A stretch of DNA of 55,538 nucleotides from Acidimicrobiia bacterium (lineage in GTDB: Bacteria > Actinomycetota > Acidimicrobiia > Spongiisociales > ZC4RG35), in contig JBBDQO010000019.1 of the NCBI GenBank assembly GCA_040905925.1, positions 1-55,538 of the forward strand, in the 5' to 3' direction. Shown here piece after piece: positions 1 through 10,078 of the stretch. Within the stretch, counting starts at the first letter, position 1. Each line of letters opens with the position of its first letter. The translations under genes and the position numbers were made by a program. The notes under the pieces are model-generated. The model worked only from the letters and a program-made list of their open reading frames with translations, was not told where the DNA came from and searched no databases.

Positions 1-204
1 CGGCTCGATGTAGGTGGCGTCGGCGAACTCGGGATCGGTCATGATCGTCGCCGGGTTCGAGTTGACGAGGACCACGCGGTAACCGTGTGCCCTGAGCACC
101 TTGGCGGCCTGCGTGCCGGAATAGTCGAATTCACAGCCCTGCCCGATCACGATCGGGCCCGAGCCGATCAAGAGGATGGAGCGGATGTCGCGGCGGGCAG
201 GCAT
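1..204 (-). CDS. carB: Carbamoyl-phosphate synthase large subunit, N-terminal part (runs off window)
   Basis: Manual translation from ATG 204: [33 protein letters not shown]...[21 protein letters not shown], the CarB N-terminus; abuts carA stop. Confidence 0.96.
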   Translation of the reverse strand, partial: MPARRDIRSILLIGSGPIVIGQGCEFDYSGTQAAKVLRAHGYRVVLVNSNPATIMTDPEFADATYIEP

Positions 205-1371
205 CTACACCCCCTCCTCCATCAGAGTCACGAAGTCATCGAACAGGCCCCGGGCGTCACGGGGGCCGGGGGCGGCCTCGGGGTGGTACTGGACGGAGAA
301 TGCCGGCACGTCGACCAGACGCATGCCCTCCAGAGTCCCGTCATTGAGGTTCTGATGTGTTGCGAGCACGGTGCCGAACTGCCCGGTGACACGCTCTGGC
401 AGGAGATCGCGTCCGACGAGACCGCGCCGCTCCGGCGCCGCATCCTCGCTCAGGGCCCACAGATCGACGGCGAAACCATGGTTCTGCGCGGTGATCTCGA
501 CCCTCTCGTCGTCGAGGCGCCGCACCGGGTGGTTGCCACCGTGATGGCCAAAGGGAAGCTTGAATGTTCTGGCCCCCACGGCCAGGCCAAGGACCTGGTG
601 CCCGAGACAGACGCCGAACAGCGGCACCTTCCCCAGCAGGCCCCTCAGGGTATCCGTGGTGCGCCGCAGTGGCTCGGGATCGCCAGGCCCGTTGGACACG
701 AAGACGCCATCCGGCTCGAGGGCGAGGATCGACCCATGATCAGTTCCAGCCGGCACCACCTCAACCGCGAATCCACGCCCGGTCAGATTGTCCAGCATGT
801 CACGTTTCATCCCGAGGTCGATTGCCACCACCCGGCCCCGCCTCGAGCCCAGGTGGTCGAGGTGGTACGGAGTCGAGGTTGTCACCCCGGCCACCAGATC
901 CTGGCCTTCCATCGAGGGCGCGGCCTCGGCGATCGACCGAAGCTCCGCCTCGTCGACGTCGGCCCCGATCGCCACCGGCATTGCCCCCCGGTCACGGATG
1001 TGCTTGGTCAGGCGTCGAGTGTCCACCTCGGCTATCGCCACCACACCATGCCGTCGGAGATACTCGGCGATCGCACCCTCCGACCTCCAATTGGAATCGC
1101 GTCGCGACATCACCCTCATCACGAACCCGGATACTGCAGGCCCCGATGACTGCTCGTCCAACGTGGTGAGCCCATAGTTCCCGATGTGGGGTGCCGTCAT
1201 CACCACCACCTGGCCGGCATAGGACAGATCGGTCAGGATCTCCTGATAACCGGTCATCGAAGTGTTGAACACCGCCTCTCCGACGCCCACTCCAGGCGCC
1301 CCCACCGAGCGCCCACGGAAGATCGCACCGTCCGCCGTGCAGAGAATCGCCGGTCCCGCGTGGTCACTCAT
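205..1371 (-). CDS. carA: Carbamoyl-phosphate synthase small subunit
   Basis: GEAVFNTSMTGYQE, SNGPGDP, GVCLGHQ, SVQYHPEA motifs; start taken at ATG 1371 overlapping pyrC stop (alternatives 1377/1380). Confidence 0.96.
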   Translation of the reverse strand: MSDHAGPAILCTADGAIFRGRSVGAPGVGVGEAVFNTSMTGYQEILTDLSYAGQVVVMTAPHIGNYGLTTLDEQSSGPAVSGFVMRVMSRRDSNWRSEGAIAEYLRRHGVVAIAEVDTRRLTKHIRDRGAMPVAIGADVDEAELRSIAEAAPSMEGQDLVAGVTTSTPYHLDHLGSRRGRVVAIDLGMKRDMLDNLTGRGFAVEVVPAGTDHGSILALEPDGVFVSNGPGDPEPLRRTTDTLRGLLGKVPLFGVCLGHQVLGLAVGARTFKLPFGHHGGNHPVRRLDDERVEITAQNHGFAVDLWALSEDAAPERRGLVGRDLLPERVTGQFGTVLATHQNLNDGTLEGMRLVDVPAFSVQYHPEAAPGPRDARGLFDDFVTLMEEGV

Positions 1372-2632
1372 CAGCATCACCTTCGTACACGACCGAACCC
1401 TCGTGGATCGTGGCCATCACCCTCCCGCTGAGAGTGGACCCGAGAAACGGGCTGTTCGACGACTTCGAGTAGAACGACCGCGGCTTCCAGGATCGGTCCG
1501 GGTCGAAAAGCACGAGGTTGGCCACGGATCCCGGCTCGACCGGCTGCCCGTGTCTGTCCAGGCTTGCGATCCGAGCGGGAGCCGCGCTCAACCGCTCGAA
1601 GAAGAGCCCGGCGTCCCCGTTCAGGGCCTCCCATGCCACCGATGCCGAAGTCTCCAGGCCGATCACCCCTCTGGGCGCCTCCTCAAACGGGACATCCTTC
1701 TCCGCGACCGAGTGTGGGGCGTGATCGGTGGCCACGGCGTCGACCGTACCGTCCTCGAGAGCCTCGACCAACGCCTGGCGGTCACCGGCGGTCCGCAGCG
1801 GCGGGTACATCTTGAAGTTCGGGTCGAGACGGTCGACAGCCGACTCGTCCAGGCTGAGGTGATGGGGGGTGACCTCGCAGGTGACGGCAAGACCGGATTC
1901 CTTTGCCCTCCTGATCATGCTCACCGAGCCGGCGGTGGAAACATGCTGGATGTGAAGCCGGGCTCCGGTGTCGGCGGCCAAAGCCAGGTCCCTGGCCACC
2001 ACGACCTCTTCCGCCACCGCGGGTAAGCCGCCGATACCGTGACTCGCGGCCACCGCGCCTTCGTTCAGATGACCGCCTCTCGTCAAAGAGCGATCCTCGG
2101 CGTGTTCGGCCACCACCGCCCTCGGTAGATCGCAGAGGTAGGCCATGATGCGGCGCAAGAGACCGGAGTCGGCGACCGAGTCTCCGTCGTCTGTGAACAG
2201 CCGGACTCCCGCCTCGTACATCGCATCGAAGTCGGCCATCTCCAGGCCCTCCCGGCTCCGAGTGAGGGCCCCCGCCACCGCGATGTCAACCAGGCCTACC
2301 TCGGCGGAGCGGTCGATTACTTCCTTCACCGCCTTGACGCTGTCGATGGGGGGCGCGGTATTGGGCATGGCGACCACAGCTGTGAACCCACCGGCGACCG
2401 CCGCCATCGAACCGGTCGAGAAGTCCTCCTTCCAGGTCTGGCCGGGGTCGCGGAGGTGGACATGGATATCGACCAGGCCCGGGCCGAGGATGGCGCCACG
2501 CGCCTCTATGACCCTCCCCCCAGGGGGCGCGGTCACGGTGCCAACCTCGACCACCCGGTCGCCCTCGATCACAACTTCCGCCTCGACCAGCCCAGACCGC
2601 CGCCACACCCGGGCCCCCTTGACGATGATCAT
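1364..2632 (-). CDS. pyrC: Dihydroorotase
   Basis: DIHVHLRDPG, AMPNT, CEVTPHHL, KMYPPLR, ATDHAPH; ATG 2632 overlaps pyrB stop (ATGA). Confidence 0.95.
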   Translation of the reverse strand: MIIVKGARVWRRSGLVEAEVVIEGDRVVEVGTVTAPPGGRVIEARGAILGPGLVDIHVHLRDPGQTWKEDFSTGSMAAVAGGFTAVVAMPNTAPPIDSVKAVKEVIDRSAEVGLVDIAVAGALTRSREGLEMADFDAMYEAGVRLFTDDGDSVADSGLLRRIMAYLCDLPRAVVAEHAEDRSLTRGGHLNEGAVAASHGIGGLPAVAEEVVVARDLALAADTGARLHIQHVSTAGSVSMIRRAKESGLAVTCEVTPHHLSLDESAVDRLDPNFKMYPPLRTAGDRQALVEALEDGTVDAVATDHAPHSVAEKDVPFEEAPRGVIGLETSASVAWEALNGDAGLFFERLSAAPARIASLDRHGQPVEPGSVANLVLFDPDRSWKPRSFYSKSSNSPFLGSTLSGRVMATIHEGSVVYEGDADE

Positions 2633-3534
2633 TCCGCCCCCATCGCAGCGGCCAGGACCGCCATCCGGATCGGGACTCCATTGGCGACCTGCTCCAGGAT
2701 GAGTGAGCGCGGGCCATCGGCGGCCGCGTCGCAAATCTCCACGCCTCGATTGATCGGGCCCGGGTGCATGATCACCGCACTCGGGTGCAATCGTGAGAGC
2801 CTGGTCTGGGTGAGCCCGAACCGGGAGGCGTAGGCGGAGACCGAGGGGAAGCCGGCGGCCGCTCCCCGCTCGCGCTGCACACGGAGCAGATACACGACGT
2901 CCAAGCCTTCGAGCGCCGAGTCGAGGTCGGTCTCGATGCGCACCCCCCAGGGATTGGCCACCGGGAGCAAGCTGCGAGGGCCGATGAGAGTGACGTCTAC
3001 GCCCAGAGTCGGGAGCGCCCATAGATGGCCTCGCGCCACCCTGCTGTTTCTGATATCGCCCACGAGCCCCATCCGAAGCCCCTCCAGCGCACCAAAGTGC
3101 TTCCTCATCGTCAGAGCGTCAGCAAGGGTCTGGGTCGGATGCTCACCCCTGCCATCACCGGCGTTCACGACGGGAAGACCGGTCCAGCGGGCCACGAGCC
3201 CGGGCACGCCCACGCCACCATGCCGTACCACCAGGAGATCGCTTCCCAGCGCACTCAATGTGAGCACGGTGTCTCGCAGCGATTCCCCCTTCTCGAGAGA
3301 CGACACCTCCGGGTTGAAGCTCATCACGTGGGCCCCGAGATGTGCGGCCGCCTTCTGGAAGGAGAGCCGGGTGCGAGTCGAAGGCTCGAAGAAGACGGTG
3401 GTAACGGTGACTCCTGCCAACTCCGAGCTCTCCTTGTCCCTGCCTTCGAGTTGCTTGCCGTAACGCTCGGCGCTGTCGAGCAGATCCCCCAGGACGGGCC
3501 TGGAAAGCCCTCGGAGTGTGAGCAGACCGCTCAT
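2629..3534 (-). CDS. pyrB: Aspartate carbamoyltransferase catalytic subunit
   Basis: [31 protein letters not shown] motifs. Confidence 0.97.
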   Translation of the reverse strand: MSGLLTLRGLSRPVLGDLLDSAERYGKQLEGRDKESSELAGVTVTTVFFEPSTRTRLSFQKAAAHLGAHVMSFNPEVSSLEKGESLRDTVLTLSALGSDLLVVRHGGVGVPGLVARWTGLPVVNAGDGRGEHPTQTLADALTMRKHFGALEGLRMGLVGDIRNSRVARGHLWALPTLGVDVTLIGPRSLLPVANPWGVRIETDLDSALEGLDVVYLLRVQRERGAAAGFPSVSAYASRFGLTQTRLSRLHPSAVIMHPGPINRGVEICDAAADGPRSLILEQVANGVPIRMAVLAAAMGAE

Positions 3535-4064
3535 GCCACCGCCACCCGGTCGATCCAGACGCCGTGGTCCGCATCCACCTCTCCGAGCCTGACTCGAACC
3601 ACCTCGTCGAGGCTCGTGGGCAGGTTCTTGCCCACATAGTCGGCCCGGATTGGCAGCTCACGGTGGCCTCTGTCTATGAGCACCGCGAGCTCGGTCTGAG
3701 TTGCCCGCCCGATGTCGGAGAGGGCGTCGAGCCCGGCGCGCACAGTGCGGCCGGTGTAGAGGACGTCATCGACCACGATCACGCTCCTGCCTGTGATGTC
3801 CACCGGGATCCGGGTCGGCCTTGGTTTGCGAGCGGGACGCAGACCCTGGTCGTCTCGATACGGTTCGATGTCGAGGTCTCCGACGGGTACCACCACGCCC
3901 TCGAAAGAGGAGATCGAGTCGGCGAGAGATCGGGCGAGGTAGACGCCCCGGGTGTGGATCCCGACAATGACGATGTCGTCGATCCCACGATGACGCTCCA
4001 GGATCTCGTGGGCGATGCGGCGAACTGCCCGGTCGATGTCCTGGCCGCTCATCACCTGGGGCAC
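3531..4064 (-). CDS. pyrR: Pyrimidine operon regulator / uracil phosphoribosyltransferase
   Basis: [37 protein letters not shown]; GTG 4064 preceded by GGAGG. Confidence 0.96.
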   Translation of the reverse strand: MPQVMSGQDIDRAVRRIAHEILERHRGIDDIVIVGIHTRGVYLARSLADSISSFEGVVVPVGDLDIEPYRDDQGLRPARKPRPTRIPVDITGRSVIVVDDVLYTGRTVRAGLDALSDIGRATQTELAVLIDRGHRELPIRADYVGKNLPTSLDEVVRVRLGEVDADHGVWIDRVAVA

Positions 4065-4106
4065 CGACGAACCTCCGGCGGCGCCTCGACCCAAAGCATG
4101 TGATCT

Positions 4107-4139
4107 CCTTCCCGGTCTCACAGGACCGTTCCTTAAAGG
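4107..4139 (-). promoter_or_regulatory. PyrR-binding RNA stem-loop in the pyr operon leader
   Basis: Minus strand CCTTTAAGGAACGGTCCTGTGAGACCGGGAAGG resembles the PyrR binding-loop consensus (CUUUAA...ARUCCNGNGAGGYU); directly upstream of pyrR. Confidence 0.8.
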
Positions 4140-4178
4140 TGTTGCGAGCCTAACGGTGGAGCGCCCCGGCCGCCAACC

Positions 4179-4730
4179 TCAGTGTCGGGTGGACCGGGCG
4201 AGTGATGCCAGGACGCCATTGACGAACGAGCCAGACCGTTCGGTCGAGTACGTCCGCGCCAGCCGGACCGCCTCCGACACGATGACGCCGGTGGGGACAT
4301 TCTTGTCGTGGCGGAGCTCGAACAACCCGAGTCTCAGGATCGATCGGTCGATGACGGGCATTCGGGCGACGCTCCAATTATCCGAAGCCGATTCGATCTC
4401 GTGGTCCAGGTCCTCACGGTTCTCCAGCACCCCGGCCACCAATCGTGCGGCCCGCCCGGTGAGGCCCTCGAGTTCGTGCGCGCCCCTCGTCTCCAGCTCG
4501 TAGAGGGCTTCCAGCGCGACGTCACGGGGCTCGATGTTGACCTTGACCCCGAGGGCCATCGCGACTGCGGTCGACAGCTCGGGCCCGATCATCTCGGCCG
4601 GCCCGGACGCCTCAGAGCGCGCCTCGAGAGCCGCCTTCACCTCCTCGATCGGGCGCCCGGTCGCAGCGGCCAGTTCGGCGGGGGTCAGCCGGGCCGGAAT
4701 GGTCGGCGCCGGTTCGGGCTGCGAGCTCAT
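4179..4730 (-). CDS. nusB: Transcription antitermination factor NusB with N-terminal extension
   Basis: C-terminal NWSVARMPVIDRSILRLG...EAVRLARTYS...FVNGVL; position after efp. Confidence 0.92.
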   Translation of the reverse strand: MSSQPEPAPTIPARLTPAELAAATGRPIEEVKAALEARSEASGPAEMIGPELSTAVAMALGVKVNIEPRDVALEALYELETRGAHELEGLTGRAARLVAGVLENREDLDHEIESASDNWSVARMPVIDRSILRLGLFELRHDKNVPTGVIVSEAVRLARTYSTERSGSFVNGVLASLARSTRH

Positions 4731-5284
4731 GCTCGAGTCAGGTACTCCCCGCTGCGGGTGTCGACCTTGACCCGATCGCCTTGCTCCACGAACAAGGGGA
4801 CCTGGATCTGGATACCAGTCTCGAGTGTCACTGGCTTGGTCGCTCCGGTGCGGGTGTCCCCTTTGACTGCAGGCTCGGCGTAAGCGACCTCCAGCTCAAC
4901 GGAGGCGGGCAGCTCGACTCCAATCGGCGTGCCGCGATACAGCGAGAGACTCACAGTCATCCCATCGACAAGATAACCGGCGGCGTCACCGACGTCCTCC
5001 GCCGAGAGGGCCAACTGGCCGAAATCATCGAGGTTCATGAAATGGTACCCGAGGTCGTCGGAGTAGAGGTACTGATGGTCACGCCGGTCGATGATCGCCT
5101 GGTCGACGTGCTCATCAGCTCGAAAGGTCCGCTCCAGGACCTGGCCCGTCTCGAGGTTCTTGATCTTCATCTTGACAAAGGCCCTGCCCTTGCCTGGTTT
5201 GACGTGCTGGTACTCGACGATGTTGAACAGACCATCGCTCAGCTGCAGGGCCATGCCTGGTCGTACGTCGTTGGTGCTGATCAT
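4727..5284 (-). CDS. efp: Elongation factor P
   Basis: MISTNDVRPG, HVKPGKG, KGDT, VPLFV...VKVDTRSGEYLTRA. Confidence 0.97.
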   Translation of the reverse strand: MISTNDVRPGMALQLSDGLFNIVEYQHVKPGKGRAFVKMKIKNLETGQVLERTFRADEHVDQAIIDRRDHQYLYSDDLGYHFMNLDDFGQLALSAEDVGDAAGYLVDGMTVSLSLYRGTPIGVELPASVELEVAYAEPAVKGDTRTGATKPVTLETGIQIQVPLFVEQGDRVKVDTRSGEYLTRA

Positions 5285-5330
5285 TGCCGGTGTCCTGATT
5301 CGAGATCGTTCGTCGGAGACGCTACCGCCC

Positions 5331-6356
5331 TCAAAGACCCACGGCCCCGAGCCCGACCGCAATATCGTTCCCGTCGACATGGTGGACGGTTGGAGCGCCG
5401 ATGCCCCGCAACAAGACCATGCGGATGCCCCGTTCGTCCCGCTTCTTGTCATGACCAAGCAGGTCGATCACCCTCGCCCGATCCAAACCGGTCACCTTGA
5501 TCGGCAGGCCGAGCTTCTGGATCGACTCCGAGATGCGAGCCGCCTCCTCGAAGCCGAGCCGCGCCTCCGAGATCCTCGCCGCAGCTACAAGTCCTATCGC
5601 CACGCTTTCGCCATGGGAGAGTGGCGAGGCGAACTCGATGGCGTGCCCGACGGTGTGCCCCAGGTTGAGAACCGCACGTATCCCCAGCTCCCTCTCGTCC
5701 TCGCCGACAACCCGCGCCTTGACCGTGGCCGATCTCACGACGACATCCTCGAGATCGGCTTTGGTCCCGTTCCTCTCGATCATGGCGAACAAGTCGGGAT
5801 CGCCGACGAGCCCGGTCTTCAACGCCTCGACCATCCCTTCCCGCACCAGAGATGACGGGAGACCCCTGAGGATTCCGACGTCAACCACCACCCGACTCGG
5901 GTGCCAGAACAGGCCCACCAGGTTCTTCCCAGCCAGATTGACCCCGGTCTTGCCCCCGATGGACGCGTCAACCGCCGCGAGCAGGGTGGTGGGGACATGC
6001 ACCACCTCGACACCTCTGAGCCAGGTGCCGGCGACAAACCCAGCCAGATCCGACACCGAGCCCCCGCCCACACCGACCACGGTGTCCTGTCGCCCCAGGC
6101 CGAAGCGGGCCAGGGTCTCATAGACCGTCTCCGCCACGGTCAGGGTCTTCGCCTCATCGCGGTCGGGAAGACCGATCACCTCCACACCGAGACCCTCTTC
6201 CTTGAGCCGCCGTGCGATGTCGAGTGCGTAGCGCGTGGCTCCGGGTTGGGTGAGGATCGCAACGCGCTGTCTCCCCTCGCGGGGGGGAAGCACGTCGTCG
6301 GGGAACCCTTCACCGACGAGGACCTCGGTTCGGCCGGCGACGGTCAGAGTGCCCAT
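5331..6356 (-). CDS. aroB: 3-dehydroquinate synthase
   Basis: GGGSVSDLAGFVA, PTTLLAAVDASIGGKTGVN, LNLGHTVGHAIE. Confidence 0.95.
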   Translation of the reverse strand: MGTLTVAGRTEVLVGEGFPDDVLPPREGRQRVAILTQPGATRYALDIARRLKEEGLGVEVIGLPDRDEAKTLTVAETVYETLARFGLGRQDTVVGVGGGSVSDLAGFVAGTWLRGVEVVHVPTTLLAAVDASIGGKTGVNLAGKNLVGLFWHPSRVVVDVGILRGLPSSLVREGMVEALKTGLVGDPDLFAMIERNGTKADLEDVVVRSATVKARVVGEDERELGIRAVLNLGHTVGHAIEFASPLSHGESVAIGLVAAARISEARLGFEEAARISESIQKLGLPIKVTGLDRARVIDLLGHDKKRDERGIRMVLLRGIGAPTVHHVDGNDIAVGLGAVGL

Positions 6357-6847
6357 AACGCTTCAATCTCAGCAGCCACCTCGGCGATGCTCTTACCGGT
6401 GGTCTCGATCACGTGATCCGCCGCTTCGCGATACCACACGTCTCGCTCCACGGAGATGGACCGAAGCTCCCCGAGCCGGTCCTGGCTCCGGTCGAGGAGA
6501 GGACGGCCCGGAGTCGATCCCACTCGTTCCAAGAGCTCCTCCGGTGTCGCCTGCAACCAAACGATGGGGCCGGTTGCCATCATCACCTCGCGGTTCCCGG
6601 AATCGAGCACAACACCCCCGCCGGTTGCCACGATTGCCTTTTCTCCGGCCAGCCGTACCACTACTGCACTCTCCAACTCGCGGAAGCCAGGCTCACCCAG
6701 ACGTTCCCAGAGCTCGGCCACGGTGCAGTCGAATGCGGCCGTGACCTCGAGGTCGGTGTCATGGAAGGGCACGCCGAGATTCGCCGCGGCGACGACCCCA
6801 CACGAGGTCTTCCCCGACCCCATCATCCCGGCGAGCCACATCGTCAT
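6344..6847 (-). CDS. aroK: Shikimate kinase
   Basis: GMMGSGKT P-loop, GEPGFRELE, ATGGG, RPLL. Confidence 0.95.
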   Translation of the reverse strand: MTMWLAGMMGSGKTSCGVVAAANLGVPFHDTDLEVTAAFDCTVAELWERLGEPGFRELESAVVVRLAGEKAIVATGGGVVLDSGNREVMMATGPIVWLQATPEELLERVGSTPGRPLLDRSQDRLGELRSISVERDVWYREAADHVIETTGKSIAEVAAEIEALWAL

Positions 6848-8001
6848 CGCTCGAGACGCTCGACCATTCCATCGACATAGCGCCGGTGAGCGGCGACGAA
6901 TTCGTCGACCGTGTCTCCACCGAACTTGCGCTGGAATTCGGAAGCGAGGGTGATGGCAACCATCTGCTCACCAACCACGGCTGCGGCCGGGACCGCGCAG
7001 ACATCGGACCTCTCCCTCACCGCCTCGGCCGGCTCGCCGGTCGTCATGTCGACGGTGCGGAGGGGCCGCATGAGTGTCGATATCGGCTTCATGGCCGCAC
7101 GAACCCTGATCGGCTCACCGTTGCTCATACCACCTTCGACCCCGCCGGCGCGATTGGTGGGTCGTTCCAGGCCAACGTCTCCCGAGATGATCTCGTCATG
7201 CGACTTGGACCCGGGGAGGACGGCGACCTCGAAGCCATCACCGATCTCGACGCCTTTGATCGCCGGGATCGACATCAAGCCCGCCGCCAGCATGCCGTCG
7301 AGACGCCGGTCGTAGTGCACATGGGAGCCGATGCCGGCCGGCACCCCGTATGCGAGGACCTCGAACACCCCACCCAGGGTGTCTCGACGATCCTTTGCGT
7401 CCTCGATCAATTCGACCATCGCCGAAGCCGAAGGCTCGTGGAAGCACCTGACCGGGCTCGAATCGATGGTCGGCAGGTCGGTGGGGAGCGGGGTGGGCCC
7501 TTCGCTCTCGACGTGGCCAATGGACACGACATGACTGATGACGTCGACCCCAACGGTGTGCAGGAGGCTCTTGGCCAGATGGCCCGCCACCGTACGTGCA
7601 GCCGTCTCCCTCGCCGAAGCCCTCTCCAGGATGTCACGGGCGTCGTCCGTGCCGTATTTGAGCATCCCCGCCAGGTCGGCATGACCGGGGCGAGGCCGCG
7701 TCACCGGCTTCTTGACTGGCGCCGGCTCGGGGCTCATCTCCTCTGCCCAGCGGGGCCATTCGGTGTTTCTGACCAGGACCGCAACCGGAGAGCCCAGGGT
7801 CCTCCCGTGCCTCACACCGCCCAGGATCTCCAAGGCGTCGCGTTCGATTGCCATCCGCTTCCCACGTCCGAAGCCGAGCCGACGCCGCGCCAGCTCATCG
7901 GCTATCGCCTCTGCAGAGACAACGAGGCCGCGGGGCAGGCCCTCGACCACCGTCACCAGCCCGGGCCCGTGAGATTCTCCGGCCGTCATGAAGCGAAGCA
8001 T
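6844..8001 (-). CDS. aroC: Chorismate synthase
   Basis: MLRFMTAGESHG, PRPGHADL, ERASARETA, MKPISTL, ERSDVCAVPAA. Confidence 0.97.
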   Translation of the reverse strand: MLRFMTAGESHGPGLVTVVEGLPRGLVVSAEAIADELARRRLGFGRGKRMAIERDALEILGGVRHGRTLGSPVAVLVRNTEWPRWAEEMSPEPAPVKKPVTRPRPGHADLAGMLKYGTDDARDILERASARETAARTVAGHLAKSLLHTVGVDVISHVVSIGHVESEGPTPLPTDLPTIDSSPVRCFHEPSASAMVELIEDAKDRRDTLGGVFEVLAYGVPAGIGSHVHYDRRLDGMLAAGLMSIPAIKGVEIGDGFEVAVLPGSKSHDEIISGDVGLERPTNRAGGVEGGMSNGEPIRVRAAMKPISTLMRPLRTVDMTTGEPAEAVRERSDVCAVPAAAVVGEQMVAITLASEFQRKFGGDTVDEFVAAHRRYVDGMVERLER

Positions 8002-8010
8002 GGGAGGATG

Positions 8011-8796
8011 CTACGTCGGGATCGGGATAGCACCGAGCCCGACGAGGGCGATCGCCGCCCAGGCCCCCACGATCATTGCCGGCCCGTATGGGACCTCGGT
8101 CTTCATCACATCCCGGATCGAGACGTTCTCATCCCTGGGCGCTCTCCTCTGAGCCCGAGTCTTGACGACCAGGCCCACCGAGAGCACGACGATCGAGACG
8201 AGACCGCCCAGAAGTGCTGTGATCAGCACCGCCCAGCCGAGGGAGCCCCAGGAGAGGTAGGCGGTGAACAGGCCAAGTTGGACGGAGAGCTTCACGTCTC
8301 CGTACCCGAAACCCTTGCCCCCCGCGAGGAGGAACATCAGGTTGCTTCCCCCGAAGTAGGCGAGAGCACCGAGCGCCCCTCGGCCAAAATCGGGAATCGA
8401 ACCGTCCAAGACTGCTGCGGCACCCAGGCCGACGGCGAGGATGAGGGTTCCCCTCAGATTGAGTCGGTCGACGATGCGGAAGGCGTCGATGTCGGTCACA
8501 CCGAGGGCGAGAGTGAGGACCAGGAATCCGAGATAGGGGATCAAGGACCAGGTCGTGCCGATCGTCTCGACGAAACCGACCGCGACCACGATCCCCACCA
8601 GGGCCAGCACCGGCTCACGGTTGACCCTGCGGGAACAGCTCGGGCACGTCCTCTTCAACCAGCCCCGTTGATGGCCACATCGCGGGCAGGTGCCTGCCAA
8701 TGGGCGCAGCGGAAGATCGCGCAGGGTCTGAGTCGCGAGATCGTGGGCGGCAAGGGCCCCTAGAAAGCCAAAAGCTCCGGCGACGACATGAATCAC
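8011..8796 (-). CDS. Prepilin peptidase (A24 family)
   Basis: CPRC...CPSC zinc motif, multiple TM segments, GFGYGDVKL and VPYGPAM motifs. Confidence 0.85.
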   Translation of the reverse strand: MIHVVAGAFGFLGALAAHDLATQTLRDLPLRPLAGTCPRCGHQRGWLKRTCPSCSRRVNREPVLALVGIVVAVGFVETIGTTWSLIPYLGFLVLTLALGVTDIDAFRIVDRLNLRGTLILAVGLGAAAVLDGSIPDFGRGALGALAYFGGSNLMFLLAGGKGFGYGDVKLSVQLGLFTAYLSWGSLGWAVLITALLGGLVSIVVLSVGLVVKTRAQRRAPRDENVSIRDVMKTEVPYGPAMIVGAWAAIALVGLGAIPIPT

Positions 8797-8837
8797 CGCC
8801 GGAGCAATTTAGCGTTGAGAAGGTTGGAGAGCCGGGC

Positions 8838-10019
8838 TCAATCTTCCTCGGTCAGTTCCTTGAGCACGGAACCGAGACGACGGCGCCGCAGTAGGCCGTG
8901 GCCCTCCTCCTCGGGCTGCCCATTCTCGAGCTGTGAGAAGACCTTCTCCAAGAACGCTTCGGTGTCTTCCTCAACAGCGTCCAGGTCTGAAGGAGTCTCC
9001 AACGCGGGAACCGGCTCGTCCTCGGGCTCGAATGCCGCCGGCCGGGTCTCGGGCTCGGGCTCGGGCTCGGGCTCAGCCTGCGACTGCTCGGACTCGGCCT
9101 GCGACTGCTCGGAGTCGGCCACCATCTGGCGGAACTGGCCGAAACGGCTGTCGCGGTGCGTGTCGGGCCCGAACGGCTCCTGCGCCTCGGCGGTGGGTGC
9201 AACCTCTGATTCCTCGACCTGGGGCTCGACCCACCACGATTCGTTGGGATCCTTGTCCTCGTCGATCTCGCTGGCCACCTCTGCTGCTATTGGCGGCGGG
9301 TACTGCGGGGATTGATCCGCAATCGGTTCGATCTGCTCTTCCTCGACCACACTGGCGGCCAGGACCAGCAGCTGCTGGTCCGAGAGGCTGGCGGCGACCC
9401 TTGCCGTCCAGAAATCGGTGGTCCCCAGACGCTCGGCGAGAGTCCGCACCGAGGCACCGGAGCCCAACTCACACAAAAGACGCCAGGCGTCACGGCTGAT
9501 CTTGACCGAGTCCTGTTCGCCCAGCTCACGGTTCATCCTGATGACCCCATCGAGGTCCGAGATGACCTGCTCCACCTCGGCCCACTCGCCGGCACGGCGC
9601 CTCGACTCTTCGAGGATCGCCTCGAGCTCGAAGGCCCTCGGGCTGGCGTATGGAGTTGTGAGAGATTCGGTGACCTCGAAGGACGAGCCGCGGCGAGACA
9701 TCTGGTAGAGGCTTTCGACAGTCATCTCACGAAGCAGGTCGATGATGTTGGCTTCCTTGTCGGCCAGCGGGGCCAGAGTGGTGGAGCCCGCTTCGATCGA
9801 GGTCAGATACGCCTCGTCGACGTAACCGGAGTTGACCAGGTGGCGACGCAGTTCCTTGTCATCGGAGATGGTGGCGAGGCCGATCCCCTTCTTGCTGATG
9901 AAGATACGGCCGCGGACGTCCTGACCCCAGACGTCGATGGCACCCTGCTGGTCAGAGCGGGTGAGTAGCCGAAGCACCTCATCAAGAGGCACAAAGCCCA
10001 GGTTTCCAGAAAGAGCCAC
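8838..10019 (-). CDS. DUF4388 (PATAN-like) domain protein with acidic low-complexity tail
   Basis: Start (V)ALSGNLGFVPLDEVLRLL typical of DUF4388; AAGGAG SD; Glu/Pro-rich C-terminus ending LLRRRR. Confidence 0.7.
   Translation of the reverse strand: MALSGNLGFVPLDEVLRLLTRSDQQGAIDVWGQDVRGRIFISKKGIGLATISDDKELRRHLVNSGYVDEAYLTSIEAGSTTLAPLADKEANIIDLLREMTVESLYQMSRRGSSFEVTESLTTPYASPRAFELEAILEESRRRAGEWAEVEQVISDLDGVIRMNRELGEQDSVKISRDAWRLLCELGSGASVRTLAERLGTTDFWTARVAASLSDQQLLVLAASVVEEEQIEPIADQSPQYPPPIAAEVASEIDEDKDPNESWWVEPQVEESEVAPTAEAQEPFGPDTHRDSRFGQFRQMVADSEQSQAESEQSQAEPEPEPEPETRPAAFEPEDEPVPALETPSDLDAVEEDTEAFLEKVFSQLENGQPEEEGHGLLRRRRLGSVLKELTEED
9048..9117. repeat. Intragenic tandem repeats: (CTCGGG)x4 plus two near-identical 21-bp units
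   Basis: Encode PEPEPEPE and the SEQSQA duplication in the DUF4388 protein tail. Confidence 0.8.
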
Positions 10020-10078
10020 TTGTTTCACTCCTTGCGTGCAGTCCTTCTCAACCATTTCGGTCTGAAGGGCCTTGCGCT

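Noticed and set aside
6886-8763. 625-aa plus-strand ORF
   Set aside because: Antisense shadow of aroC and the prepilin peptidase; expected in high-GC coding DNA; no motifs
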